DNA from: Felis catus
Lineage: Eukaryota
Assembly: GCF_018350175.1 (NCBI RefSeq)
Contig: NC_058368.1
Location: 30,134,001-30,194,000 of the forward strand
Length of the DNA stretch: 60,000 bases
Direction of reading: 5' to 3'
Part shown: piece after piece, positions 23,454 to 35,870 of the stretch
Layout: each line of letters starts with the position of its first letter
How positions within the stretch are numbered: the stretch's first letter is position 1
Notes under the pieces: generated by a model
The model's input: only the letters and a program-made list of their open reading frames with translations
The model's database searches: none
Told to the model about the DNA's origin: nothing
Position numbers and translations under genes: made by a program

Positions 23454-23821
23454 TTGCTTCCGATCATTCGGAATGAAAAACATTTAGGGATCCTGAAAGA
23501 TTCATCGAGGAATCTCAAAGCAGCAGGACTTTCATCACCTCATGAAAATAGCCACGGGATTGCACTTTCTTCAAGTATTTTTACCCTCACATTCCCCAGC
23601 TGAGAAATATGAATTTCCAACGAGTCTACTCAGAACTCAAAAGAGGTTATTTTCGAGCCTGTGAATCCCAAAGTGAAGGGTTGCAAAGTGTGTATGGCAG
23701 AGTTCAAACCTGCAGGCCAGCCCTGTCGCCTCCCCCTATCCTCAGACAGAATGATGAATTAAATCACCCTTCAGTGGATGGATCACCTTCACATACTTCA
23801 GAAATCGCCACTTCACCCTGA
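23454..23821 (+). pseudogene. Pseudogene terminal exon remnant (cytoplasmic tail)
   Basis: Acceptor ttttatttccaag at 23441-23453; a phase-1 join is in frame with ...KRGYFRACESQSEGLQSVYGRV...LSPP...HTSEIATSP*. This recalls PCDH8 VGLQSVYEKV...LLSPP and the PAPC terminus HPSEIATTF*. In-frame stops occur in the 5' part. Confidence 0.7.
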
Positions 23822-24767
23822 AATGCTGCAACTCATATAGACAGTTATATTTTGGGAATATACACATTTATGTTTCTGTCGAGTATTTATAAGCCAAGTT
23901 GCATACACGAGCCTCCTACTTTTGATAGACATTGCCCTAAATTATGTGAACAGTCGATGTCAGAGCACGTGATGCTTTTTATATAATCCAGGATATTTTG
24001 CCAAAAAGTCTTAGATATAAGACCCAGATATAATAAGTGAACGTGTATTTTATATTCTAAGATCATTTGTGGATTTAAATGAAATCTTCAGTCTAGCTGT
24101 ACGTTGGTGTTTGGGTATTTGCAATTCTACTGGGAACACAATTTAACTTGGAATGACTTTAGGCTGGATTAAGAATCTGGACCCCAGCCGTAACCACAGA
24201 CCCGATGGGGAGAAAGAAGAAGCAGCATTGGGGTGAAGGAGAAAGTTCAGGCAGCACTGGGGTGGGGAACCCGAATAATTTCTCTAGCCTGAATCAGAGG
24301 TGGTTGCTGAGTGCTTAATGGGCAGAACAGTGGCAGATTCTGATAGTGTGTGAAAATCAAATGCAGGTGGCTGGTCATGTTGTGCTCCTGGGCATTCAAC
24401 CCATTCATCACAGCAGCTCACTCAGAGGTGGAGCTGCAGGGAGCAGCACTGAGAGGAGTAGAGAGAGTCTTCAGGCCTCAGCCACCTGCATTACTATTCC
24501 CAGCAGGACTGGGACAGGAGACGGGGGGCGGAAGGAAGGATTGGACCCAAAATGCAGTGACACGCAGGCTACCTGAGCAGCTGGGCCTCATGAGTGACTG
24601 ACCAGATTGGAGGGGCAGCCAAGCTGGGTGATGGGATGGAAACAGCTGGATTGTGTCTTCTTTTCTTCAAGATTGGCTCAGACTGTGGGAAGGATTGAGT
24701 CTGCAAGGACAGGACACTAATGTCTCCCCAAGTGGAAGTGTCTGGGTCCGTCAAGATACGACGGGCA

Positions 24768-24975
24768 TGAACTGTATTCCCAATACGATAACCACTAGCC
24801 ACATGCGGCTGCTTAAATTTAAATGAATGAAAACTCCATGCAATGAAAAATTCAGTTCCTTGGTCACATTAGCCACATTTCAGCTGCTGAATACCACACA
24901 TGGCTAGTGGCTACAGTATGGGGCAGAGCAGCTATCAAACATTCCATCATCACTATTCTACTGAACAGCACTGAT
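24768..24975. mobile_element. MER3-like hAT-Charlie DNA transposon
   Basis: Internal inverted pair ccactagccacatg / catggctagtgg and aaaaattcagttccttggtcacattagccacatttca. Confidence 0.8.
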
Positions 24976-25954
24976 GTGGAAGAAGAAGCAGGCCAGAGGA
25001 CCGCCTCCATGGGCTGGGGGTGTTGAAGGCAGCCAGTGACCCACAATGCTTGCTTAGCACACATACGGGAGACTGCGTGTTCTCTTTTCTCCATGCTCAC
25101 ACTTCCCTGGTCGGCGACAGTCTTTTATTGGTTCATATCAATATTTCAAAATGGATTGACACATTATATTATTTATTAGAAAATATTTGAAAAATGTCTA
25201 AAGACAAGAATTCCCAATAGTACAAGGTTTCCCGTATGCCTGGGGATTTTCTGAAGGCTCCCGTGCCATTCCAGCTAGCACCTCAAGTTTATAGTCCTCA
25301 TGTCCAGTCCTATAACCTTAGGGATTTTGCAGCAATATTCGTGATAAAACCAAGCCACTCATATTCCTCAGCTCTCCCAAGAAATAATGCAGCAGTTTTT
25401 AAGACCAGTAATTCATTTTTTAGCTATGGTCAGGCAAGAAGCTACTAAGTACTCTAAACTCCTCTTGTCACTGGCCTCCCATAGAAAATCACTGCTGTAG
25501 AAATGTATAACAATTTAGTTATACATTGCATTATACTGGTTTGCAAGTCCAGTAGGGTCTTTAGAATCAGTGTGCTATTCCAAGTATCAGATTTCCAGAA
25601 TGGGGGGGTCTAGGCCCCAGAGAAACTGCAGCTAACGAGAACATACCTAGCTTTACCTGAGACACGCCTTTCAAATAAAATACACTTACCTTTTGGGTTA
25701 TGTTGAATAATACTTCAACTTCATTAGAGTGATTTGTTATGGAAGTGCATTCTGTGTGAAACGTTGTTTCTAGAAGCCAAGAACCTAAAACTTTGACTCA
25801 AGTTTATAAACGTAGGATTAGATGGATTTGTTTTTTCTTAAAACCAGGTTCACATGGTTTTGGAATGGTCGCTTCTACCTTAATTATGATTCCTCAAGCA
25901 GTTTTCCTGACTTTTATGACGGCATTCTCAGTGACAGACAGTAATTGGAAACAT

Positions 25955-26710
25955 GAATCAAATACTTACTGCATACAAAGCTCTTTGGTAAGTGCTCTAT
26001 GTGAATTATTGTACTTATACCTCATAACCAGCCTGGGAAATAGTGATATTATTATCCCCATTTCAGAGATGAGGAAATGGAGGTTTAGAGAGGATAATTT
26101 GTCTGAGGTCATACGGTAAGTGAAAGAATTGTGATGTAACATTAAAGCGCATGAATTTTAGGTTGACAGCTGGATGACGTTATGTATGCACATACTTATG
26201 TGACCACTACTCGGATCAATGGAACATTTCCGGCTCCCCTGAAGGCTCCTTCGTGCATCTTGCCAGGCAATGACTCTTCTCAAAGTAACCACTATTCAAA
26301 CTCTTTCATCATCTGTGAATTTTCCTTGTACTTGAACTTCATAGAAACAGAATCATGCAGTATGTCCTCTTCGGTGCCCAACTCAGCCTTATGTCCATGA
26401 GCTTTCGTACCACATCCGTGCTGTGTGTTCTAGGAGTTCGTTCTTTCTCGCTGCCGTGTGGTATTTCATTTGTGAACTTGCCACAATTTAGTTATCCATT
26501 CTACCACTGATGAACATTAGGGTGATTCCAAGTTTTTAGCTTTTGTGAATAGTGAATTAAATTACACGTTTTTTGGGGGTAGACAGAAACCCTTATTTCA
26601 ACAGAAATAAGGCCTTCTAACCAGAAATAGAATTGTTGCGTCAAAGGGTGATGGATTTAGGATTTAAACCTCAGGTTTTCTGAGTCCACTGTTCTCCATT
26701 GTGCAACACC
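25955..26710 (-). mobile_element. MIR interrupted by an old L1M 3' end (~26140-26650)
   Basis: attatccccatttcagagatgaggaaatggagg (MIR), then reverse L1 3'UTR, then MIR resumes at ggatttaaacctcagg. Confidence 0.75.
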
Positions 26711-27799
26711 CACTACCTCATTAACAGCTAATATTGACTGAGAACTACTCTCTATGTGCTAGATACTCTGATAAGCTCTATTTTTCTAAGCAGGTGCTTG
26801 ATCAATTGAGAACTTTCTGTAAGCTTTACTAATAACAGCAGGGGAAGTTTTATATTTGTTCAACAAATAAGACAGTCTTTTAAATTATCATTAAATAGCT
26901 GATGTATTACAGTGTATGTGGAATGCTTAGTAGCTTCTCTTCGAAAAGACCATAATACTATCCATCTTTGACAGACTTGTTTTGCTCATTGAAATGTATA
27001 CAGTAGAGGCAGAGTTAGCAATTGATTGTTCATTTGCTTGTACACCGTAATTAGCTAAGGAAGAAACAAATCAATTTAAAACCAATTTCCATAGTCTACA
27101 CATGCACAAGCATTGATTACAGACATGAATTTTCTGAATAAAAAGTGAAGCTAGCTAATCTCAATTTGTATTTCATCAAGTAAATGTCAGCTATCGATTT
27201 CTGTGGCTTACTACTGGTGAGGCCATCTGTCTGTCATTCTTTACAGGTAGCACAGCACAATCGCTTGTGCAGTTTAATTAGGTGTGGGCCAGCCGTTTCA
27301 CTTGCGTGAGGAAGATGAAATATTCAGTCTTGGTTGAAGGAAAAACCTCAGCCAGCTGCCTGCTCTCTCACCCTCTTTCAGACTCTTACTCATCTTAATT
27401 TAATGCCCATTGATCCTTATTGTTGGATGTTGTACAGAGGAGCCCTTTTGTAACAGGGTGTTGGGAGATTGGGCTAAAACTGACTTTACGGGCTAACTGA
27501 ATTTTCTCAAGCTTCCTTGAACTCTTGACAGCATGGCATCACATTTTAAGGGAATGACTTGACTGTATTATAGAACAGGCTTCCACGGCGCTGGTTTTCT
27601 GAAAGAGTAATCCGTGCTGCCTTGGTCACACAGGATTTGTACACAATTTGACAAGTTGTGATGTCTTCCGACCTGGAGTAACACGGAATGTGTAATCGTA
27701 CACTGTGCTTGAATACAACTGTTCATTTAAAACATGGCCTGAGGTAACAGTGAAAATCATGTCTTCTTTTTCAAAAGACATACCATAAACTCTTTGTTT

Positions 27800-27930
27800 T
27801 CGGTTTCCTCACGTGTGGTGGGATATTAGCATCTACTTCAAAGGGATTTTGTGAAAGCTAAATGAGATAGTCCATGTAAAATGCTTAGAGCAATGCTTGT
27901 ACATAGAAATCACTTACTAAATATTATCAT
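27800..27930 (+). mobile_element. MIR fragment
   Basis: gtttcctcacgtgtggtgggatattagcatctacttcaaaggg...aaatgagatagtccatgtaaaatgcttag. Confidence 0.7.
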
Positions 27931-29164
27931 CAGAGACATTTCTCATTTTCCATTTCCTTGTTTAAAGTTTAAGTAGTTTGTTATTCCAAGTATTCCTAAA
28001 TGTTTGTCTTTTTTTTCTTTTTGTTTGGTGTGATTAGTATTTTTTTTTCCATTTCTTTTGGTTGGCCATTGTTTTTTAAACTAACTTTTCAAATAGGCAA
28101 ACAATAATAAAGTAAAGTCCCCTGGGGATTACAGTTTTTTTTTTTTTTGACCGTGGTATGAACCTCTGATTTAGAAAAGAGAACCATTCTGTAGAAACAT
28201 TTTTTTACAGTAGTTCTTGTAAAGTTTGATCAGTCAGCCATTTTGTCATATGGCTGTATTTCAAGCCAGCATGAGCTTGAGAGTCACGTGGGGGTATTTA
28301 AATGGAATTTAACTATTACTGGGAGCCCAGTAATAATAAACGTACTGGTTGTTTACTTCAAGAATCCTTGGGAAAACCCACAAAAACTTGGTATCCCACT
28401 TTTACCTGCTTTGCTGAATGCTAATATGCCATTTAATCGTGCCTGTAGACCCCCTGCCCTGCTCCCGGTATGTTACCATGAGCCCATGCTGCTGTTGTAA
28501 TACCACAGGAGGCATGAAGTAATCAAATGGTAAATGATCAGCTTCTAGCTCAGGTCACTGTAGCTGGGGAGATGACTGACAGTGAGACATTTCTAAATAA
28601 TGGGAGAGGGTCTTCCAGAAAGGACACAACCTGAAAAGTATTTTTCCTTCCAACCTGAAGCCAGAAAAACCAATAGAGCATCTCCCACTTAAGGACCAGA
28701 AGGCATTCACATTCATAGATATTTTGGTAGATGTTTTTAATAAAAGGCATGGGCTCTAATGCATGCTCACTTTTCAGTTCTGTCTCTTGCCACCTTCCTA
28801 CTTGCACTCCCTGTACCAGTGTCTGTACTCCTTAAAATGGAGAAGGAACATCCGCATAGACTATAAAGCCAAGCCCGATGTCAGGAGCCAGGCTTACCTC
28901 TCAGATAGCCCTGGGGCCAGAATACACTGGAGGGCCCTTAGAGAGATGGGCTCCTAAAATATGCCAAATACCTACTCACCTGAGTCCTTGTCTACAGGCA
29001 ACCTTCCTCCATCTGCCTATGACTTGGTTTTGCATATAGGTCTTATTTCTGGGGAGAAAATGGGCTGCACATAATAGAAGCATGCATTCTGTTCCTGTGC
29101 AAATTAGAATTTTCATTGGAAATGACTCAAATTGGGATTTTTTTTTAATCGTGATAAGTATACT

Positions 29165-29194
29165 CTTTATTTTTATTGATTTTTATTTTGAAGT

Positions 29195-29229
<35 letters not shown>

Positions 29230-29445
29230 TTTGGTGTGAGAGCAAGAGCCAGAGAGAGAGGGAGAGAGAGAGAGAAAGAGATTACTACCTGTGCTCTCTT
29301 CAAGGATTTTTATGATTTCAGGTTTTACATTTAGGTCTTTAACCCATTTTGAGTTTAAGTTTTGTGTATGGTGAAAGAAAGTGGTCCAGTTTCATTCTTT
29401 TCCATGTGGCTGTCCAGTTTCCCCAACACCATTTGCTGAAGAAAG
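29165..29445 (-). mobile_element. SINEC 3' tail fragment [(ATTT)n, (GA)n] adjoining a carnivore L1 ORF2 fragment
   Basis: Reverse strand of 29339-29445 reads FSKWCWGNWTATWKRMKLDHFLSPYTK, which is L1 ORF2-like. Confidence 0.75.
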
Positions 29446-31446
29446 GGATTTTGGTTTTACATAGCAGTACCATGAGGTTGGTTGAAGTGATTTTACTATT
29501 CGGGAAAAGGTTTATTTTCATGGTGCTGAAAAATCAGGGATCTGAGTCGACCTAACTGAGGGCTGGCCCCTGTATTATAATAAATTGACAAAGACAGTGG
29601 ACAAAATTCTCTGAAGCCTCTGAGAGGACAGCCTTCTGGTCCCTCCCTGGGCAATATGCCACCCTGATTCCTGTACTGGACACACCAGAGCATTTCCTAA
29701 TTAAATGTTGGCATCAGGAATGATGGTGTACTAAAAACCAATGTCAGTCTAGCCCTTCATGTGTATACTGGCACTGCAATCCTGCGAAGCAGGTAGCATT
29801 ATTATCTTTCTTCTACATGTAAGAAAATCAAGGTTAACTTATGCAAGTCACAGAATGGTTCGTGGCCAAGCTTCAGTGCCAGAACACCTCTTCTGGGTTT
29901 GGTGCATGTTACGCCTTGCCTTACTGCCTTTCTTTTAGCCTGTTAGTTCTTCTTTTATTGGGTCTACAGGTCTAGAAATCAAAGTACTTAAAAAACCATT
30001 TGGTAGTTCCTTTGCTCAAATCACCAGGAGCATATGAACAATCTAAATGCATGTTCAGCCACTCAAAGATGTGATCTGTTCTCTGGCTGAGCGCCCCTCA
30101 TCCATCATGCATGTTCCTAATAGACATGGCGGGTCTTGCACGGAGGGGAGCTTTTCTTCCTCTCTCAGTGGTGCTTCCTTTGAGGCATGCTACTGTTCAG
30201 GGGCCTGTTGAGATTTTGATTAAAAAAGACAGATATTGTGCAACTTCCATTAATGTTCTATTTCTCCTGTAGCAAAATGTAGGCTCTTGCAACTTTCTCA
30301 GGGGAATTTAATTTTCCATGTCTGTTGGCAAATTCAATTTTGAGTTTTACATAAAACACTAGAAAACAGTTAGTGGCCTGGTCATGGGTTATGCTTGTAA
30401 TTCAATGATTCTCCGAGGTGATTTTAACCCTTTTGTAACCTCTTCTGCCCTTCTCTAATCCACAAACAACTAGATTTCTAATGTAAAAGAAACCTCTTTT
30501 AAAAATATAAAGCACCTAAGGTAGTTAGCATTCTTTTGTCCTTCTCTCTCTGGTTATGATAATGCCACCTGAGTTATTTTTATACTGTTCCCTGAAAGTA
30601 ACAAAACCTTCTATAGATGAAGAAACCATGAAAATCTGTTTTGAAAATGCTTAATGCACAATAACTTATGTTAAGAGAGTGTATTATATACCTGAGCAGC
30701 TTTACAATGTCTCCAATGATAGTGTGGCCTTCTTTTTTATCTTTGTCTATCTCTATCTTTATCTCTATCATCTCTATCTCTATCTCTGTATTTATATCTT
30801 AGTGCCCCAGTCTTCACCTAACTCAATGTATCTATAATTTACATTCATTCATTCATTCATTCATTCTGGGACGTATTTCAGTTTTCTGGATTATGTGAAT
30901 CTCTTCCTCTCCCCCAGCCCTCTTTCTTTGCCATGTGAATACTTCCACTTGTTTCTCCTCATTAACACTCTTCTGGTGTTGGAACAATGAGAAGACAGTG
31001 AGGAAAGTCAAATATAAGTTTGACTTCTTTTGTGATTTGACCAAACCAGTGTTTTAGACAAGTGGTCAAAAAAAATCAAGCAACAAGTACAAAGTTTGGA
31101 GCTGTAGTTTCCAGTATATATACATATATTATACATATATATAGTTCCCAATATATATATATTGGAAACACACACATATGTATGTATGCCATATATATAT
31201 ATATAATTTTTTTTTCTGGAGACTAGGAGTAAACTGGAACAGGGAGTAGATGTAAGTATTACCTTTCTGCTCCTCATATGACTTCTTCCCATAAGGCTAC
31301 TATTTTTTGTTTTCTGGGATCCCACACTGTCATAATGATAATACCATGCAGCCAGTTGCCCACATTCCCTCAAAAAGACCAAAATAAAACTTGGAAGATA
31401 AATGAACTAGATATCCAAGTTTGTATTTTAAAGAAGCTTCAAATAG

Positions 31447-31657
31447 GGGCACCTGGGTGGCTCAGTCGCTTAAGCGTCCGACTCTTGATTTCAGCTCAGG
31501 TCATCATCTCATGGTTCAGTTTGTGAATTCGAGCCCCACAATGGGCTCCCCACTGATAGCATGGAGTCTCCTTGGGATTCTCTCTCTCTTCCTCTCTCTC
31601 CCCCCTTCCCTGCTCATGCTCTCTCTCTCATCTCTCTCTCTCACACACACACAAAAA
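31447..31657 (+). mobile_element. Can-SINE (SINEC)
   Basis: ggggcacctgggtggctcagtc start, CT tract, flanking aagcttcaa repeat. Confidence 0.93.
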
Positions 31658-32541
31658 AGCTTCAAGAGTATCAACTATAAGAGTCACATTTATAGACTAC
31701 ATTTAACCATTGAAAATGGAAAGAACCCAGTTTTGTGCCACGAGTTTTTGTTGTTGTTTTAAACGGTTACCTTAGCTAGAACCCGTGCTTTCTAAAGCAA
31801 ACCAAAGAAGAAATTTTAATGAAAAAATGTTTCATAGACCGAGGGTTAGTAATTTTAGTTACTTAGATTACTTTATGAGAAAAAGGTCATAAAACGCATG
31901 TTTGACCAGGCCTGAAGCTTGTCCACATCTAATTGAACTTGGAAACCCACTTCACAGAGGTTTCCTTCTTGCTAAGCATCTGCTCTGCCCTGAGGGGAAG
32001 GAGACAGCTGAGCCTGGGGACAGTTGGGGCCCAGTTGTCTGCCAGAAGTGATCTCTTCTGTAGCATCTGCTTTTTGCTTGGTGAGCTCTCTCTGAAACAC
32101 CCGAGTGCACAGCAGCCTGGAAAGATGATGGATTTTCCACTGTCACTGAGAGTGGGGATGGTTGTCCCTTATGGTTGAGGTGATTTCTCACTCTTAGTTT
32201 TGTAGGGTCCTGGGCTAGGTGATTTGGGAAATGGAAAATATATACTATGATCATATTTTACTCATACTTCCCTCTCCTTTTTCTTTTTATATTTAAGACC
32301 TGGTGATATAGCAAAAGCTTGGGTTTTATGCGACGGATCTAAAACAAAAGCACAGCAACTCTTCCCTTCCCCCCGTATCCAGGGCCTTACGGAGCATCTT
32401 GTTTTAGACCAGCTGATTTTTAGGAAATGCTCATTACATAATGAGAGGATTTGTCAGAGAAAAGGGGTACATAAATTAAAATTTCACTTAAAGAGAATTT
32501 GCACACTATTATATCTATATTTTATCTTAAAAGCAGTATGA

Positions 32542-32684
32542 GGGGTGCCTGGGTGGCTCAGTCCGTTAAGGTCCAACTTTGGCTTAGGTCACGATCTCAC
32601 GGTTGGTGAGTTTGAGCCCTGCATTGAGCTTTCTGCTGTCAGTGCAGAACCCGCTTTGGATCCTCTGTCTTGCTTTTCCCTGCT

Positions 32685-32731
<47 letters not shown>

Positions 32732-32750
32732 AAATAAAACATCTTAAAAA
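32542..32750 (+). mobile_element. Can-SINE (SINEC)
   Basis: Full body with (CT)n and aataaa; TSD aaaagca(g/a)tatga. Confidence 0.93.
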
Positions 32751-34099
32751 AGCAATATGAGCATGCAGAATGCTAAGATCACCCTTCTTTTCTTTTAATT
32801 CTGGGTAAAAGGAACAGTCAAGCTTTACTGCTTCTTCAGCAAAGGATAAAGGAAAATTTAAATGACATCTTCTATGGTTAAGCCACTTTCTGAATATCAG
32901 TATGTTTGAAGCCCATTGTTGGTGTTGCAAAAGCTTAGGCATAAATTTGTTTCTGTGGAGAAGACCTTGTTCTGAAGGCCTGCAGAGTTTGCGTTAGGAA
33001 TTGATCAGATGTGCTCGAATTTGGGTGGGACGAACTTGACTTGGAAACCTTGAGGTCTTCCACAAGGAGAGGTGACTTTGGTGACTGCCAGTATGTGCAG
33101 CAGGCTCAGGCTCGATGCTTTCTGGTCCTTTTCTCTGATCCTCCAAAACATCTGAAAGGAGATCCATTTTAGAACAGGAAACATGCTCAGTGAAGTTTAG
33201 AGATTTGCCCCAGGATACAAGTTATAAAATTGTCAAATTGGGATTGTAATCCATGTATGTTTGGTTTGAAAGCTCAAATGTTTTTCATTGCACCTTTCTG
33301 CCTTTTTGAAAAAGCCAATAGTCACACTTTTTGGATCTGGTAGTGTTTCAGACATATATCAATAAACACAGTAGCCAATGTACCATGCACCATTAAACAA
33401 AGTGTTTCACACATGTATCACCGAACACAGTTACACATAAACTCTGAGCCACTAAACACAGTTTTTCACATAAATTTTACTAAATGCAGTATGCCCCCCG
33501 TGCCTAAGGGTCTCTTCTGGAATCGTGGCTAGTTGTGTTGCAAATGGTCAGGTATGAAAAACCCCAAACACCCAGCAATAAAAAAAAAGAAAGCTTGTAT
33601 GTCTGTGCTCTACCTGGCAAGCTGGATGTGATTCATTTTAATATTTACTTTTCTCCTTTTAGAGGATTTTGGTTATCTGATGCATGTGCACACTGTGCAT
33701 TCTTCTAGATACCCTAAAAGGTATCTGTAGGCCAAGCCAAGCCAAGCCACTATTGATCTGCATATCTGAAATTAATTACCCTGCTTTGGGTCCAGAGGCC
33801 GCATGGGGAGAACATTATGAGAGACAAGAGTTATGAAATTCAGTTCTGTTTATCTGTTACCAAAAGGGTCCTTTTGTCTATTTCCCCTGTTAATTCTTTC
33901 AGTTTTTGCATTATATATTTTGAGGCTATGCTATATAAATGCAAATTTAGGTTTATTTTCCTTGTGGATTGATGCATTTATCATAAAATCCTGATTTATC
34001 TCTAGCAATGCTGCTTTCTCTTTTTTTTTAATTGTTACAAATTTGAACTGTGGGAAAAAAAAACCCATAACACAAAATTTACCATCGTAACCATCAAAA

Positions 34100-34310
34100 A
34101 GAAAATTTTTTTAAACGTTTATTTATTTTGGAGAGAGGCACAGAGTGTGAGTCGGGGAGGGGCAGAGAGAGGGAGACACAGAATCCGAAGCAGGCTCTAG
34201 GCTCTAAGCTGTCAGCACAGAGCCCGATGCGGGGCTTGAACCCACAAACCATGAGATCATGACCTGAGCCGAAGTCGGACACTTAACTGACGGCGCCCCC
34301 CAGGTGCTCC
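34100..34310 (-). mobile_element. Can-SINE (SINEC)
   Basis: Full reverse body; imperfect TSD taccat(cg/ta)taaccat. Confidence 0.93.
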
Positions 34311-34490
34311 TACCATTATAACCATTTTTAAGTGTGCAGTACAGTAGTATTCTGCTATTTCTTAAAAAGTCTACTTTGTCTGATGTTAGTGTAGCCCACA
34401 GATTTCTTTCAGTGAGTATGTGCCTGGCATAACTGCTTTCCTTTTCTTATTTCACTATTTTTGTGTTCATGTATTAAAAGTACGTCTGTT

Positions 34491-34710
34491 GGGGCGCCTG
34501 GGTGGCGCAGTCGGTTAAGCGTCCGACTTCAGCCAGGTCACGATCTCGCGGTCCGTGAGTTCGAGCCCCGCGTCAGGCTCTGGGCTGATGGCTCGGAGCC
34601 TGGAGCCTGTTTCCGATTCTGTGTCTCCCTCTCTCTCTGCCCCTCCCCCGTTCATGCTCTGTCTCTCTCTGTCCCCAAAAATAAATAAACGTTGAAAAAA
34701 AACATTAAAA
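34491..34710 (+). mobile_element. Young feline SINEC_Fc
   Basis: CpG-intact body; perfect TSD aaaagtacgtctgt at 34476-34489 and 34711-34724, preceded by TT/AAAA. Confidence 0.96.
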
Positions 34711-35190
34711 AAAAGTACGTCTGTCATAAGCAGCATAGATTTCTGAAAATCTAGTCTGAAAATTTTAGTTTTAGATTTTTTAGCTTATGTATATTGATGA
34801 AATTGCTATTTCATGAGCTTATGTCCTACTATTTTACTATTGATTTCCTTCATTAATTTTTCCTCTTTCATGCCTTCTTTTGAACTAATCAAGTTTTTAA
34901 TTTATTACTATACCATTTTCCTCTTTTTATTTATTTGCCTTTGGTTATAAATTATTTTACTGTTCTTTTAGTGTTTGCCTCGGGGATTTCAATATATGCA
35001 CTAGACTTACCAGAATCTATTTTGAATGAATACTTGTTATCATTTCCTGGAAAATGTAAGAATGGAGAACAGTTTGCCTTGTTACCTCTTGTGCTATTGT
35101 CATATATTTTAAGTCTACGTATATTTTACACTTCCTTAGATAATATTCTTATTGTTTTATGTAGTCAATAGTTATTTAGTTTGACATTCA

Positions 35191-35419
35191 TTTTTTTTAA
35201 TTTGAGAGAGAGAGAGAGAGAGACCACTTGTGAGTGGGAGAGAGAGGCAGAGGCAGAGAGAGCGAGCGAGCGAGAGAGAGAGAGAGCGAGAGAGAATCTT
35301 AAGCAGGCTCCACACCCAGCTCAAGCCTGATGCAGGGCTCGATCCTACAACACTGGGATCATGACCTGAACCGAAATCAAGAGTTGGATGCTCAACCACC
35401 TGCGCCACCCAGGTGCCCC
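35191..35419 (-). mobile_element. Can-SINE (SINEC)
   Basis: TSD tagtttgacattc at 35177-35189 and 35420-35432. Confidence 0.94.
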
Positions 35420-35659
35420 TAGTTTGACATTCTTATTTATCCTCTGTTATTCTTCAAACTTTCTTTTACTTCCATGCTTTCACCTGGGATCATTCTCTTC
35501 TTCCTGAAGAGTTCAGTCTTTACTCTGCATCTGCTGGTTATGAATTCTCTGTATTTAATTGATCTGAAAACATCTTTTTTTCTTTTTCATTAAAAAGAAC
35601 TTTACCAAAGCATTACATACTTATGGGAAAGTGCACACATAATAAGAATACAGTGCCAT

Positions 35660-35870
35660 GGGGCGCCTGGGTGGCTCAGTTGGTTAGGCGGCCGACTTTG
35701 GCTGGGGTCATGATCTCGCGGTCCGTGAGTTCGAGCCCCGCGTTGGGCTCTGTGCTGACAGCTCAGAGCCTGGAACCTGTTTCGGATTCTGTGTCTCCCT
35801 CTCTCTGACCCTCCCCCGTTCATGCTCTGTCTCTCTCTGTCTCAAAAAATAAATAAACGTTAAAAAAAAA
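35660..35870 (+). mobile_element. Feline SINEC_Fc
   Basis: TSD aagaatacagtgccat at 35644-35659 and 35871-35886. Confidence 0.95.

Larger units (their letters stand above)
15350..23821 (+). pseudogene. PCDH8P1: Unprocessed protocadherin-8-like (delta-2 protocadherin, PAPC-type) pseudogene, four exons; probable counterpart of human PCDH8P1 (synteny not verifiable here)
   Basis: Frameshifted signal peptide/EC1 start ([49 protein letters not shown]), cadherin repeats with DRE, DxNDxxP and DxD motifs, 1-bp deletion at ~16545, stops at 16829-16831 and 17006-17008, TM remnant (LAGVLASGCGLLLAAIAI), CM1-like exon (KDSGRGDSESNDSSSDIS) and a terminal exon remnant. Confidence 0.9.

Noticed and set aside
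33360..33492. Repeat-spacer pattern superficially like a CRISPR array
   Set aside because: Mammalian DNA, short degenerate cores, related spacers and no cas genes.
34491..34570. tRNA-like A/B box sequences here and at other SINE heads
   Set aside because: These are the tRNA-derived heads of Can-SINEs with CT tract, A-tail and TSD, not tRNA genes.
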